In this document: positions 17,381 through 27,995 of the stretch, piece after piece
Numbering within the stretch: the first letter of the stretch is position 1
Layout: every line of letters starts with the position of its first letter
NCBI GenBank assembly: GCA_041640295.1
Contig: JBEQAR010000001.1
Coordinates: forward strand, 82,453-142,991
DNA: 60,539 bases
Origin: a bacterium
GTDB taxonomy: Bacteria > Patescibacteriota > Minisyncoccia > UBA6257 > HR35
Direction of reading: 5' to 3'
The notes under the pieces: generated by a model
Databases searched by the model: none
Told to the model about the DNA's origin: nothing
The model's input: the letters and a program-made list of their open reading frames with translations, nothing else
Made by a program: the position numbers and the translations under genes

Positions 17381-17794
17381 TTATTCAATATTTGTTAATA
17401 CTGATTCACTTAATGCCGGATCATTATTTAAACCACCAAAAGGCAAATTATCTGCGTTGTCTTTCATATCTAAAGGATAATCATCAAATGTTGGATTGTA
17501 ATTATAAGGGTTAATTTCAACAATATTGTCAATTTGTCTAGATTCTTCAAATTGGTAAGTATCATCAACTAAAATTGTATTAATAGAATTTTCTGAATTA
17601 AACTCAGTAATAAAAGAATTAATACTATTACCTCCGTCAGGTAAATCGGCAACATTATTTAGCTCAATCATTGAATTATAGTAATTAGAGTCATCAAAGT
17701 CTACAACAATTATATCAGCAAAGACTACATAAAAAGAAATAATTAAAAAAGAAACAGAGAAAAAGATAAGTAAGATTCTTTTATTTATTTTCAT
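17381..17794 (-). CDS. small secreted/anchored hypothetical protein (137 aa)
   Basis: N-terminal hydrophobic segment. The gene is 2 nt downstream of the 651-aa gene. Confidence 0.45.
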   Translation of the reverse strand: MKINKRILLIFFSVSFLIISFYVVFADIIVVDFDDSNYYNSMIELNNVADLPDGGNSINSFITEFNSENSINTILVDDTYQFEESRQIDNIVEINPYNYNPTFDDYPLDMKDNADNLPFGGLNNDPALSESVLTNIE

Positions 17795-17796
17795 TT

Positions 17797-19752
17797 TTAA
17801 TAATTTAATAATTCTACAATACCTAATGATTTAATAACAACAGTAAAATTAGCAGAAGAATGATTCAAAAAATTAGAAATTGGGGTAGGTGATATATAAG
17901 AAGGATCAGTGGTACTTGAAGTCGGATAAGGATTAACTCTAAATCTACCCATTATTAAAGAATGCAAATTAGGTCTACGATTATTTCTAAGATCAACGCA
18001 TGGATCATTGTCTAAATTAGGATAACGATATCCATTAACTCGCAAATTTATCACCCCTGGATCACCCCAAGAAGCTACTGACATAGAATTCAAATAATCT
18101 CTTTTAGTACAAACTGTTCTCTGCCAAGCTGGTTCTAATCTTATATCTAAACTTACATAACCCTTAATATTAGCTTGACTCTCAGCATAAGTATAAGAAA
18201 TTATAGAATATCCCGGAATTTGACCATCTCTAATTGACGCACATTCATTTTGATCTTTTGATACATAAATTGCGCCATTATTTGCTTGATAATGACAATA
18301 AACAAGAACATCGTTTGAATTATTGGGGTTTAATCCGTTTGATGATGTAGGTGTTTTAGTATATCTTTTCCATGGATTTAAATTATCTCCTTCTTCAATA
18401 AATACAGCTGTTAAACGATTAGTATATGGTTGACGATAAGCATACCCTAAAATAAACCATTTAGTAGCATAGGGATTATTAGGATCAACACCAATTCTCG
18501 TAATAATATCATGTAAACGTAAGTATGGATAACCTTTACCTAAATTGTAATCATAATTAGGAGAAGTAGGTCTGATATAGGGATCTGTATTAGTAACACT
18601 TATTTCAGCAGAAGTAATCATTCTATTAAATAAATCTTGTTGCCAATATTCATGTCCTATAATATAACGATAAAAATGAGCAACAGCTGGTCTATTAGGC
18701 CAAGCATTAATACAAGACAAATCACCAGCATCAGTTCTGAAGCAAAATTCTTTAGCAATAAATCCTCCACCCCTATAATTTTCTATTCCCTGTAAAGAAG
18801 TATTGTTTCTTGGATAAGTAATTTCTCGCAAAACTGAATTAGTCAGCGAAGTAGGTCCAGACCATTTAGGAATATAATTTTGAGTTCCATTGCCGCCTAT
18901 TCCACCACCTCCACCTGATGGCCAACTATTAATACAGTTATTACCTAAACAAAAACTATTAGCAGAAATATTACCAGAAGCTTGAATATCTCCTAAAACA
19001 TCTAACGTCTTATTGGGAATAGTAGTATTGATACCTATCTTTGAATTAGTAATTGTCAAAATAGGATTATTATTGTTTGAGTAAAATACTTTGAATACTT
19101 CTTTAAATCTCATAACAGCTTCGGCTGGATTAAACAGTGTACCAATTTTTAAATTTCCTCCGTTGTTAGAATCAAGATTAATATATTGACTACCGGTTGA
19201 ATAGAGGTATAGTTTGTCAACCATGGTGGTTGTTCCTATAGAAAGATTATTTAAAGCAAAAATATTAGAAATTATCAAATTGCCATCTCTTGAAATTGTC
19301 ATCACTCTATTCGTCCTATTATTATTAAGAGCATCTTTGTAGAGGAATATTAAATCATTAGTTGTTGATGTCATTGATATTGAAAATTCATTATATGATT
19401 TATTTTTTACTTTGTTTAGATCTCTAAAATACAAAGCACCAGCTACAGAAAAATTATTACCACTTGGACCAGATAAAATTAAACCACGATTCAAATTAAA
19501 CCAAGTTCCTGATGCTATCAAAATTGGTCCTTGGTTAATAATATTATCAAAGAAGTAAATATCTGTTAATCTTAAAACACCGGCATTATTATCAGTCATT
19601 AGAATTCTATTCGGCTGCCAAGTACCAGGTAAGATTAATAGATTATTGGGAGAAGTACACATAGGAATGGTTGATCCTTGAGCTAAAGATAAATTAAATA
19701 AAACAATAAAGACGCCTAAAAAACTTATGGTTATCAAAAATATTCTAAACAT
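17797..19752 (-). CDS. large secreted protein with a tail-fibre-like module and a Cys-containing C-terminal domain (651 aa)
   Basis: Signal-like N-terminus, then ..KIGINTTIPNKTLDVLGDIQASGNIS.., a G5 run and GNGTQNYIPKWSG. The C-terminal half of about 330 aa is unassigned. Confidence 0.55.
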   Translation of the reverse strand: MFRIFLITISFLGVFIVLFNLSLAQGSTIPMCTSPNNLLILPGTWQPNRILMTDNNAGVLRLTDIYFFDNIINQGPILIASGTWFNLNRGLILSGPSGNNFSVAGALYFRDLNKVKNKSYNEFSISMTSTTNDLIFLYKDALNNNRTNRVMTISRDGNLIISNIFALNNLSIGTTTMVDKLYLYSTGSQYINLDSNNGGNLKIGTLFNPAEAVMRFKEVFKVFYSNNNNPILTITNSKIGINTTIPNKTLDVLGDIQASGNISANSFCLGNNCINSWPSGGGGGIGGNGTQNYIPKWSGPTSLTNSVLREITYPRNNTSLQGIENYRGGGFIAKEFCFRTDAGDLSCINAWPNRPAVAHFYRYIIGHEYWQQDLFNRMITSAEISVTNTDPYIRPTSPNYDYNLGKGYPYLRLHDIITRIGVDPNNPYATKWFILGYAYRQPYTNRLTAVFIEEGDNLNPWKRYTKTPTSSNGLNPNNSNDVLVYCHYQANNGAIYVSKDQNECASIRDGQIPGYSIISYTYAESQANIKGYVSLDIRLEPAWQRTVCTKRDYLNSMSVASWGDPGVINLRVNGYRYPNLDNDPCVDLRNNRRPNLHSLIMGRFRVNPYPTSSTTDPSYISPTPISNFLNHSSANFTVVIKSLGIVELLNY

Positions 19753-19825
19753 TTTGTTAATAAAGATATCACTTATAATTTTAAATTAATTAATTAATAT
19801 ATTATTAATATCAACTCTATTATAG

Positions 19826-21559
19826 ATGAAAAATCAAGAAATTGCAAATATTTTTAGAATGATAGCTATATATTTAGAAATGAAAGATATTGCCTTTAAA
19901 CCTCAAGCTTATGAACGGGCTGCATATTCAATAGAAGCTTTAGACGAAGATATTGAAGAATTTTTAAAAAAGAATGGAAAAGAAGGTTTAAAAAATTTAC
20001 CAGGCGTTGGTGAATCAATCGCCGAAAAAATAATTGAATATCTCAAAACAGGTAAAATTAAAGAATTTGAGGAATTAAAAAAAGAAGTACCTGTTGACAT
20101 AGAAAATTTAACCAAAATTGAAGGTATAGGACCTAAAACTATTTATAAACTTTACAAAGCTTTAGGTATTAAAAATATAGATGATTTAGAAAAAGCTTGT
20201 TTAGAACATAAGATTAAAAGATTACCAGGTTTTGGAGAAAAAAGCGAAAAGAAAATTTTACAAAGTATTCAATTTTATAAACAAAGCGGGGGAAGATTTG
20301 TTTTAGGATTTATTATTCCTGTAGTTGAGGAATTAGTAAGTTATTTAAAAGAAAGTAAATTAGTTGACCAAATAGAGGTATGTGGTTCTTATCGTAGAAA
20401 AAAAGAAACAGTGGGAGATATTGATATTTTAGTAACTACTTCACAAGCAGAAAAATTAATGGATTATTTTATCAGCTATAAAAATGTTATTTATGTTTAT
20501 GGCAAAGGACCAACTAAAACTATGGTTAGATTAAGTAATAACTTAGATGTTGATTTAAGGGTAGTAGATAAAAATAGCTTTGGTGCTGCTTTGGCATACT
20601 TCACAGGTTCAAAAGAGCATAATATTAAAATCAGGGAAATAGCAATTAAAAAGGGATGGAAATTAAATGAATATGGACTTTTTGATAGTAATGAAAAAGT
20701 AATCGCAGGTAAAACCGAGGAAGAAATTTATGAAAAATTAGGGCTCCAGTGGATTCCGCCGGAGATGAGAGAGAACAAAGGAGAAATTGAATTAGCTTTA
20801 AAAAATAAATTACCAAAATTAATTGATTATGATTCTCTTAAGGGAGATTTACAAGTTCAAACTAATTGGAGCGATGGGCAAAATTCTATTGAGGAAATGG
20901 TTAAAGAAGCTATTAAATTGAAATTAGAATATGTTTGTATTACTGATCATACAAAATCATTATCAGTTGCTGGCGGTTTAGATGAAAAGAGAATATTAGA
21001 ACAATTTAAAGAAATTGATAGATTAAATAAAAAATATAAGGGGAAAATAACAATTCTTAAGGGGGCTGAAGTTAATATTAATAAAGATGGTAGTTTAGAT
21101 ATTAGTGATGAAATTTTGGCTCAAATGGACTTTGTTGGCGCTGCTATTCATACTTACTTTGATTTACCAAGGAATATTCAAACTGAAAGGCTAAAAAGAG
21201 CAATGTTAAATCCTTATGTAAATTGTATTTTTCACCCTACAGGAAGAATAATTAACAAAAGACCAGCTTATGAAATTGATATCGATGAGATAATAAATTT
21301 TGCAAAAAAAACTAAAAAAATTTTAGAAATTGATGCTTATCCAGATAGATTAGATTTAAAAGATGACCATATTAAAAAATGCGTTGAAAAAGGGGTAAAA
21401 ATGGTAATAGATAGCGATGCTCATTCAATACTTCATCTTAAGTTCTTAAGTTTAGGTATTGCTCAAGCGCGACGAGGTTGGGCAGAAAAAAAAGATATTC
21501 TCAATACTCTCAACCTAAAGGAATTCTTAAGCTACCTCAACAAAAGTAAAAAATTATGA
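19826..21559 (+). CDS. polX: family X DNA polymerase with C-terminal PHP domain
   Basis: N-terminus NQEIANIFRMIAIYLEMKDIAFKPQAYERAA, HhH motifs (LPGVGESIAEKI, IEGIGPKT), GSYRRKKETVGDIDILV and a PHP region (..ITDHTKS.., ..DSDAHS..). Confidence 0.9.
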   Translation: MKNQEIANIFRMIAIYLEMKDIAFKPQAYERAAYSIEALDEDIEEFLKKNGKEGLKNLPGVGESIAEKIIEYLKTGKIKEFEELKKEVPVDIENLTKIEGIGPKTIYKLYKALGIKNIDDLEKACLEHKIKRLPGFGEKSEKKILQSIQFYKQSGGRFVLGFIIPVVEELVSYLKESKLVDQIEVCGSYRRKKETVGDIDILVTTSQAEKLMDYFISYKNVIYVYGKGPTKTMVRLSNNLDVDLRVVDKNSFGAALAYFTGSKEHNIKIREIAIKKGWKLNEYGLFDSNEKVIAGKTEEEIYEKLGLQWIPPEMRENKGEIELALKNKLPKLIDYDSLKGDLQVQTNWSDGQNSIEEMVKEAIKLKLEYVCITDHTKSLSVAGGLDEKRILEQFKEIDRLNKKYKGKITILKGAEVNINKDGSLDISDEILAQMDFVGAAIHTYFDLPRNIQTERLKRAMLNPYVNCIFHPTGRIINKRPAYEIDIDEIINFAKKTKKILEIDAYPDRLDLKDDHIKKCVEKGVKMVIDSDAHSILHLKFLSLGIAQARRGWAEKKDILNTLNLKEFLSYLNKSKKL

Positions 21560-21602
21560 AAATTATTTTTAATTTTAGAGATATTAGGATAAAATATTTT
21601 TA

Positions 21603-22757
21603 ATGAAAAAAGTGTTAATGATTGGTTGGGAATTACCACCATTTAATAGCGGTGGTTTAGGTATTGCTTGTTATTATTTAGCTTTAGCTTTAAGTAAAAA
21701 AGTTGATTTATTTTTTTCTCTTCCCTATCAGTTAAATATTAATTTAGCTCATTTCCCTTTCAAAATTATTTTTGCCAATAGTGTAGTAAAAAAAATTTCC
21801 TCTTATCAATTATTAAATTTTCCTATATCTTCTGAATTATTCGATCAAGTAATAACTTACGGAGAACGACTTCATCAAAAAATAAAAGATCTTGATCTTA
21901 ATTTTGATCTTATTCATGCTCATGATTGGCTAGGTAGTTTAGCTGGTATTTATCTAAAAGAAAAATTACATAAACCTTTAATTATTCATATTCATTCAAC
22001 CGAAATTGAGCGAACTGGAAATAATCCTAACTTAACGATATATTATTTAGAAAAAAAATCTTTCGAAACAGCAGATAGATTAATTGCTGTTAGTAATCTA
22101 ACAAAAAAAATAGTAGCTAACTTTTATGGTATTGATCAAAATAAAATTGAAACTGTACCTAATGGTATTGATTATGAAATTCCTCAATATAAAATTATAA
22201 AATTCATTCAAGATTTAAAAAACAGAAATTATAAAATTGTTTTATTTGTTGGTAGACTAGTTTTACAAAAAGGTCCAGATTATTTACTCCGAACCTTAAA
22301 ATATGTTTCTCAATATATACCAAAAGTGAAATATATTTTTGCTGGTAGTGGTGAGATGATAAATGATTTAATTAAAATTGCTTATTACGATCAAGTGATA
22401 GACAAAGTTATCTTTGCTGGTTTTTTAAGAGAAGAAGAATTATGGAGTGTTTATGCTTTGAGTGATATTCTTGTTGCTCCGTCAGTTTTTGATCCTTTTG
22501 GTTTAGTTCCTTTAGAGGGAGTGAAGTTTAAAAAACCAGTAATAATTTCTAAAACTACAGGAGTTGGGGAATATTTAAATAATTGTTTCAAAGTTGATTA
22601 TTGGGATATTAATGCTATGGTTAATTATATCGTTGGTCTTTTAAATTATAATGTTTTAAAAAAAGAGATGGCTGAAAATGCTTATCAAGAATTACCTAAG
22701 TTTAACTGGGAAGATAGAGCTGAAAATTTATTAAAAATTTACAATAATTTAGTATAA
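21603..22757 (+). CDS. GT4-type glycosyltransferase (glycogen-synthase-like)
   Basis: ..GWELPPFNSGGLGIAC.., ..HAHDWL.. and ..PSVFDPFGLVPLEG.. are present. Confidence 0.75.
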   Translation: MKKVLMIGWELPPFNSGGLGIACYYLALALSKKVDLFFSLPYQLNINLAHFPFKIIFANSVVKKISSYQLLNFPISSELFDQVITYGERLHQKIKDLDLNFDLIHAHDWLGSLAGIYLKEKLHKPLIIHIHSTEIERTGNNPNLTIYYLEKKSFETADRLIAVSNLTKKIVANFYGIDQNKIETVPNGIDYEIPQYKIIKFIQDLKNRNYKIVLFVGRLVLQKGPDYLLRTLKYVSQYIPKVKYIFAGSGEMINDLIKIAYYDQVIDKVIFAGFLREEELWSVYALSDILVAPSVFDPFGLVPLEGVKFKKPVIISKTTGVGEYLNNCFKVDYWDINAMVNYIVGLLNYNVLKKEMAENAYQELPKFNWEDRAENLLKIYNNLV

Positions 22758-22758
22758 A

Positions 22759-23937
22759 ATGCCAAGCGTTTGTTTTTATTTTAAAGTTCATCAGCCATTT
22801 CGATTGAAAAATTTTACTATTTTTGATATTGGTAATAATATTGATTATTTTGACGAAGAGAAAAATAAATTTTACTTAAAAAGAGTAACAGAAAAATGTT
22901 ATCTACCTATTTTAAAAACATTTTATGAATTAATTAAAGAAACTAATTATCGCTTTAAATTTTCAGCGGGCTTAACGGGTACTCTAATTGAACAATTAAC
23001 ATTATGGCAACCGGAAGTAATTGAATGGTGGCAAAAAATTGCTGCTACTGGTTGTGTTGAATTTACTGGCGAAACTTATTATCATTCATTAGCTTCTTTA
23101 TATTCTGAAGAGGAATTTAAATTTCAAATAAATCTTCACCGAAATTTAATTAAAAAAATTTTTTTACAAGAACCAAAAATTTTTTCTAATACTGAATTAA
23201 TTTATTTTGATGGCTTAGAAGATTTACTCTTTGATTTAGGATTTGAAGGAATAATTACTGAAGGAGTAGAAAATATTTTGGAATGGCGATCACCTAATTT
23301 TGTTTATTGGATGCCGAATAAAAAACTTAAAGTTCTTTTAAGAAATTATCGCTTATCTGATGATATTAGCTTTAGATTTTCTTCCCGTGATTGGTCAGAA
23401 TGGCCTCTAACAGCTGAAAAATTCGTTCATTGGTTAAATCAATTTAATGGTAATGGGGAGGTGATAAATCTTTTTATGGATTTTGAAACCTTTGGTGAAC
23501 ATCAATGGCCAGAAACTGGAATTTTTGATTTTATTATTAAATTAGTTTTTGAAATTATTAATCAAAAAGATTTAGAATTTAATACTTTATCGGAAGTAAT
23601 AAAAAAATACCCAGCAAGAGGTGAATATTCATCTACTTATCCTATTACTTGGGCTGACACTGAAAGAGATCTAACTGCTTGGTTGGGTAATGAAATGCAA
23701 CGGGATGCTATTCAAAGAATTTATAATTTAGAAAAAATTATTTTAAAACAATCCGAAGAAAAATTAATAACCTCTTGGCGAAAATTACAGACTGCTGACC
23801 ATTTTTATTATATGTGTACTAAATGGTTTGCTGATGGTGATGTTCATAAATATTTCAATCCCTACGATAATCCTTATGTGGCTTATCTTTCTTATCGAAA
23901 TGTTTTGGAAGATTTATATTTAAAATTATTAAGATAA
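22759..23937 (+). CDS. glycoside hydrolase family 57 protein (alpha-amylase / glucanotransferase type)
   Basis: FYFKVHQPFRL at the N-terminus, ..TGETYYHSLA.. and ..MDFETFGEHQW.. are present. Confidence 0.75.
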   Translation: MPSVCFYFKVHQPFRLKNFTIFDIGNNIDYFDEEKNKFYLKRVTEKCYLPILKTFYELIKETNYRFKFSAGLTGTLIEQLTLWQPEVIEWWQKIAATGCVEFTGETYYHSLASLYSEEEFKFQINLHRNLIKKIFLQEPKIFSNTELIYFDGLEDLLFDLGFEGIITEGVENILEWRSPNFVYWMPNKKLKVLLRNYRLSDDISFRFSSRDWSEWPLTAEKFVHWLNQFNGNGEVINLFMDFETFGEHQWPETGIFDFIIKLVFEIINQKDLEFNTLSEVIKKYPARGEYSSTYPITWADTERDLTAWLGNEMQRDAIQRIYNLEKIILKQSEEKLITSWRKLQTADHFYYMCTKWFADGDVHKYFNPYDNPYVAYLSYRNVLEDLYLKLLR

Positions 23938-23952
23938 TATAAATTTTCAAAA

Positions 23953-25203
23953 ATGACTATTGAGGAATTAAAAAAACAAATAGAATTAGAAGCAAGCAAG
24001 GGAGCAGAACAAACTTCTATTATTGATTTAGTAAATTATTTAATAATTTTTGGTTATAAATCACGTGCTTCAGATATCCATTTTCAACCAACTGAAGTTG
24101 GTATAAATATCAGATATCGTATTGACGGAATCTTATATACTTTCTTTACTTTTCCTAAATATCTTCAAGAAGAAATTATTTCAAGAATAAAAGTTGTTTC
24201 TGGTTTAAGAACTGATGAGCATAATACCCCTCAGGATGGTAGATTTAAATTTAGAATTCCTCAAGAAAATATTAGTTTTGATATTCGTGTTTCGGTTATG
24301 CCAACTTATTATGGTGAGAATGCTATTTTAAGGTTACTGATTCAAAAAGATGATATATTTGTTTTAGAAAAATTGGGTTTTTCTGAAGTAGACTTAAAAA
24401 AAGTTTACGAGGCTATTAAAAAACCTTATGGGATGATTTTAGTTACTGGACCAACTGGTTCAGGAAAAACTACTACTCTTTATTCAATCTTAAAAGTTCT
24501 CAACACCCCCGGAGTGTCGATTATTACTTTAGAAGATCCAATTGAATATTCAATTCCTGGTATAACTCAAATTCAAGTTAATCCTCAAGTTGGTTTAGTA
24601 TTTAGCAAAGGTTTAAGAGCTATTTTAAGACAAGATCCTAATATTATTATGGTAGGAGAAATTAGGGATCAAGAAACAGCTGATATTGCTGTTAACGCTG
24701 CTTTAACTGGACATTTACTTTTATCTACTTTACATACTAATGATGCTCCAACTGCCTTACCTCGCTTATTAGAAATGAACATTGAACCATTCTTAATTGC
24801 TTCAACTGTCAATATTGTTATTGCTCAAAGGTTAGTCAGAAAATTATGTGATAGTTGCAAAAAAGCTAAAAAATTAACTAATATTGAAGCAAAATCTTTA
24901 TTAGAAGGAATCGGGGAAGATTTAAGCTTAGAAAATATAAAAAAATTTAAACTTTATGAAATTTACGAGGCTCAAGGTTGTGAAATTTGTAATCAAGCAG
25001 GTTTTATGGGTAGAATTGGTATTTTCGAAGTATTAGTAATTAGTAAAAGAATTAAAGAGGCAATTATGAAAAGATATAATAGCGAACAAATAAAAAAAAT
25101 TGCTTTGGAAGAAGGAATGTCAACAATGATTCGTGATGGTTTTAATAAAGTAATCGCTGGTTTAACAACTATTGAAGAAGTCTTAAGAGTCATTCATGAG
25201 TAA
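23953..25203 (+). CDS. pilB: type IV pilus assembly ATPase (GspE/PilB family, short form)
   Basis: Walker A VTGPTGSGKTTTLY, ..IMVGEIRD.., ..GHLLLSTLHTND.. and a tetracysteine (CDSC...CEIC) are present. Confidence 0.9.
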   Translation: MTIEELKKQIELEASKGAEQTSIIDLVNYLIIFGYKSRASDIHFQPTEVGINIRYRIDGILYTFFTFPKYLQEEIISRIKVVSGLRTDEHNTPQDGRFKFRIPQENISFDIRVSVMPTYYGENAILRLLIQKDDIFVLEKLGFSEVDLKKVYEAIKKPYGMILVTGPTGSGKTTTLYSILKVLNTPGVSIITLEDPIEYSIPGITQIQVNPQVGLVFSKGLRAILRQDPNIIMVGEIRDQETADIAVNAALTGHLLLSTLHTNDAPTALPRLLEMNIEPFLIASTVNIVIAQRLVRKLCDSCKKAKKLTNIEAKSLLEGIGEDLSLENIKKFKLYEIYEAQGCEICNQAGFMGRIGIFEVLVISKRIKEAIMKRYNSEQIKKIALEEGMSTMIRDGFNKVIAGLTTIEEVLRVIHE

Positions 25204-26260
25204 AAAACCCCTAATTCTAAAATTAAGCTTAAATGATAAAATTCTGTTTTTAAGAAATTTAGCTCTACTTTTAAAAAGTGGTTTAAGTTTAAATGAATCT
25301 TTAATAACTTTAAAAAATTACCAAAAATCATCCAGTCTACAATATATAATTGATGAATTAGTAAATGATATTCAAAGAGGACAATTTTTAGCTTCAAGTC
25401 TATCTAAATTTAAATATATTTTTGGTGAATTTTTAATTTCTATTATTAAAGTTGGAGAAATTACTGGTAACTTAGTAGAAAATTTAGAAAAGTTATCTGA
25501 CGAATTAAGAAAAGCAGAAAGATTGAGAAAAAAATTTATCTCAACTATGATATACCCTGCTTTCATTATTGTCACTATGCTGATTATTATTGTTTTTGTT
25601 ATTTATTTTATCTTTCCTAAACTACTTCCTATTTTTAAAAATTTAAATATTGAATTACCTCTACCAACTAAAATTTTTCTATCAGTTTCAACTTTTATCA
25701 TTGATAATGGCTTATATATTATCGTATTTTCTATTAGTATTTTAATTTTAATAATTTTTCTAAATCGTTACTCAAAGATTAAATATTTTTTTGATCTAAT
25801 TCTTTTAAATCTTCCTCTTATCAAGGGAATGATAAAAAAATATACTTTAGCTCAATTTTCGCGCTCATTTGCTTTACTTTTAAGAAGCGGAATAAAGATT
25901 GTAGAAGCAGTTGAAATAGCTGGAAAAAGTTTAAATAATGAAGTTTATAAGCAAAACTTAATCCAAGCTGCTAATTCTGTTTTGGCTGGTCATAACTTTA
26001 GTGAATTTCTCGGTAAGTATCAAAAATTATTTCCTTATAATTTTATTAAGATGATAGAGGTTGGAGAAAAAACCGGTAATTTGGAACAAAATTTATTTTA
26101 CCTGAGTAATAATTATGAAGAAGAATTAGATATGGAAATAGAAAGATTTGTTAATGCTTTAGAGCCAATTATTTTAATTATTATGGCAGTTGTTGTTGGC
26201 TTTATGGCCATTTCAATTATCATCCCTATTTATGAATTATCAGATAAAATACAAGGTTAA
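25196..26260 (+). CDS. pilC: type IV pilus platform protein (GspF/PilC family)
   Basis: Two GspF-like repeats (..VGEITGNL.., ..VGEKTGNLEQNL..) and three hydrophobic segments. It overlaps pilB by 8 nt. Confidence 0.9.
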   Translation: MSKKPLILKLSLNDKILFLRNLALLLKSGLSLNESLITLKNYQKSSSLQYIIDELVNDIQRGQFLASSLSKFKYIFGEFLISIIKVGEITGNLVENLEKLSDELRKAERLRKKFISTMIYPAFIIVTMLIIIVFVIYFIFPKLLPIFKNLNIELPLPTKIFLSVSTFIIDNGLYIIVFSISILILIIFLNRYSKIKYFFDLILLNLPLIKGMIKKYTLAQFSRSFALLLRSGIKIVEAVEIAGKSLNNEVYKQNLIQAANSVLAGHNFSEFLGKYQKLFPYNFIKMIEVGEKTGNLEQNLFYLSNNYEEELDMEIERFVNALEPIILIIMAVVVGFMAISIIIPIYELSDKIQG

Positions 26261-27995
26261 AACAGCTTATACTTTAATAGAAGTTTTGATAACAATTTTC
26301 TTCATTGTTGTCTTAACTTATTTTACGATTAATTCTTTGTTGAATTTAATAACAAGTAGTATAAGTACAAGAATAAATTTACAAATTCTATCTGCTTTAG
26401 AAGATGAAATAGAACTAATTAGAGTTTTAAATTATGAAGATGTAGGAATTGTTGATGGCTGGCCTAGGGGTATTTTACCAAGAGAAAAAATAATCGATCT
26501 TAACAACTTAAGGATAAAAATAAATTATTATATTAGAAATATTGATGATCCAGCTGATGGCTTAATAGGAGGAAGTCCTAATGATTTAGCTCCTGCTGAT
26601 TACAAATTAGTAGAATTAGAAGGAACTTGCTTGAATTGTTCGGTTAAAACAAAAAAACAAACTTTAACTACAATTATTGCTCCTAAAAATGTTGAAAGCT
26701 CAACAAGAAATGGCTCTCTTTTCATAAAGGTAATCAATGCCAGCGGTGAACCAGTTGCTCAAGCTAATGTTAGTGTAATTAACAACGCTACTTCTCCTCC
26801 GATTATTATTAATGATTTAACAAACAATCAAGGAATGCTTCAACTAATAGATATTCCCACCGGAACTAATGTTTATCAAATTACTGTTACTAAGGAGAAT
26901 TATTCTACTGATAAAACTTACCCACCAGGTGATGAACAAAATCCTAATCCGATAATTCCTCACCAAACTGTTTTAGAGCAAGCTTTAACTAATGTTACTT
27001 TTCAAATAGATAGATTAGCAGAATTATTTATAAAAACAATTAATAATTTCTGTCAACCTATTGGTAATATCCCTATAAAGTTTACTGGAAAAAAATTAAT
27101 TGGCAGAAACCCAGATATAATAAAAAATAATTTCACTACTACTACTAATGATAATGGAGAAAAATTAATAAAAATTGAATGGGATACCTATAGTTACGAA
27201 TTAAATACTACTACTTATGTCATAGCTGGTTATAATAGTTCATCACCTTTAAATATTTTACCTGGTTTAAATTATTATTTAAGATTAAATATTGCTTCTT
27301 CAAATAACAATTCCTTACTTTTAACTATTTTGGATAACAATAATCGACCTATTAATGATGCTGAAATAACGCTTTCAAAAATTAATTTCAATAAAACCTT
27401 ATACACTAAAAGAGAAAATATTATTCATACTAATTGGTTAGATAATTATTCAGAAATAAGCTCAAATATAGACTTAAGTAATCAAGATATTAGATTAAAA
27501 ATAATAGACAATCATTATCCAACGGGCACAGATGAATGGTTAATATCAAAAACAATTGATTTAGGAACATCGACTAATGTTAATTTTTTTACTCTTTCCT
27601 GGCAACCAAACAATCAACCTCCTAATACTGAAGTGAAATTTCAAATTGCTGTCAATAATGACAATACGAATTGGAATTTTATTGGTCCTGATGGAACTAA
27701 TAATAGTTATTTTACCCTTTCCCCATCACAATTAATTAATTTACCCAATAATAAAAGGTATTTAAGGTATAAGGTATTTTTAAGAACTGAAGATGAATCG
27801 CAAACACCGCTTATTAATCAAGTAACTATAAGTTTTTCTTCTGATTGTTTAGCTAATGGGCAAGTTCTTTTTGATGGCTTAACTACAGGAGAATATAATA
27901 TTCTTATAAATAAAAGTGGTTATCAATCTTTAGCCACCACAACAGAAATTAATTCATTATTTAAAGAATTAATTTTTAATCTTCTACCGGAATGA
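26232..27995 (+). CDS. giant pilin-like protein with a prepilin-type N-terminus (587 aa from ATG 26232)
   Basis: MNYQIKYKVKTA|YTLIEVLITIFFIVVL has Glu at +5. A long Asn/Thr-rich beta-type extracellular region follows. The track start is TTG 26190, and I prefer ATG 26232. Confidence 0.55.
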   Translation: MNYQIKYKVKTAYTLIEVLITIFFIVVLTYFTINSLLNLITSSISTRINLQILSALEDEIELIRVLNYEDVGIVDGWPRGILPREKIIDLNNLRIKINYYIRNIDDPADGLIGGSPNDLAPADYKLVELEGTCLNCSVKTKKQTLTTIIAPKNVESSTRNGSLFIKVINASGEPVAQANVSVINNATSPPIIINDLTNNQGMLQLIDIPTGTNVYQITVTKENYSTDKTYPPGDEQNPNPIIPHQTVLEQALTNVTFQIDRLAELFIKTINNFCQPIGNIPIKFTGKKLIGRNPDIIKNNFTTTTNDNGEKLIKIEWDTYSYELNTTTYVIAGYNSSSPLNILPGLNYYLRLNIASSNNNSLLLTILDNNNRPINDAEITLSKINFNKTLYTKRENIIHTNWLDNYSEISSNIDLSNQDIRLKIIDNHYPTGTDEWLISKTIDLGTSTNVNFFTLSWQPNNQPPNTEVKFQIAVNNDNTNWNFIGPDGTNNSYFTLSPSQLINLPNNKRYLRYKVFLRTEDESQTPLINQVTISFSSDCLANGQVLFDGLTTGEYNILINKSGYQSLATTTEINSLFKELIFNLLPE

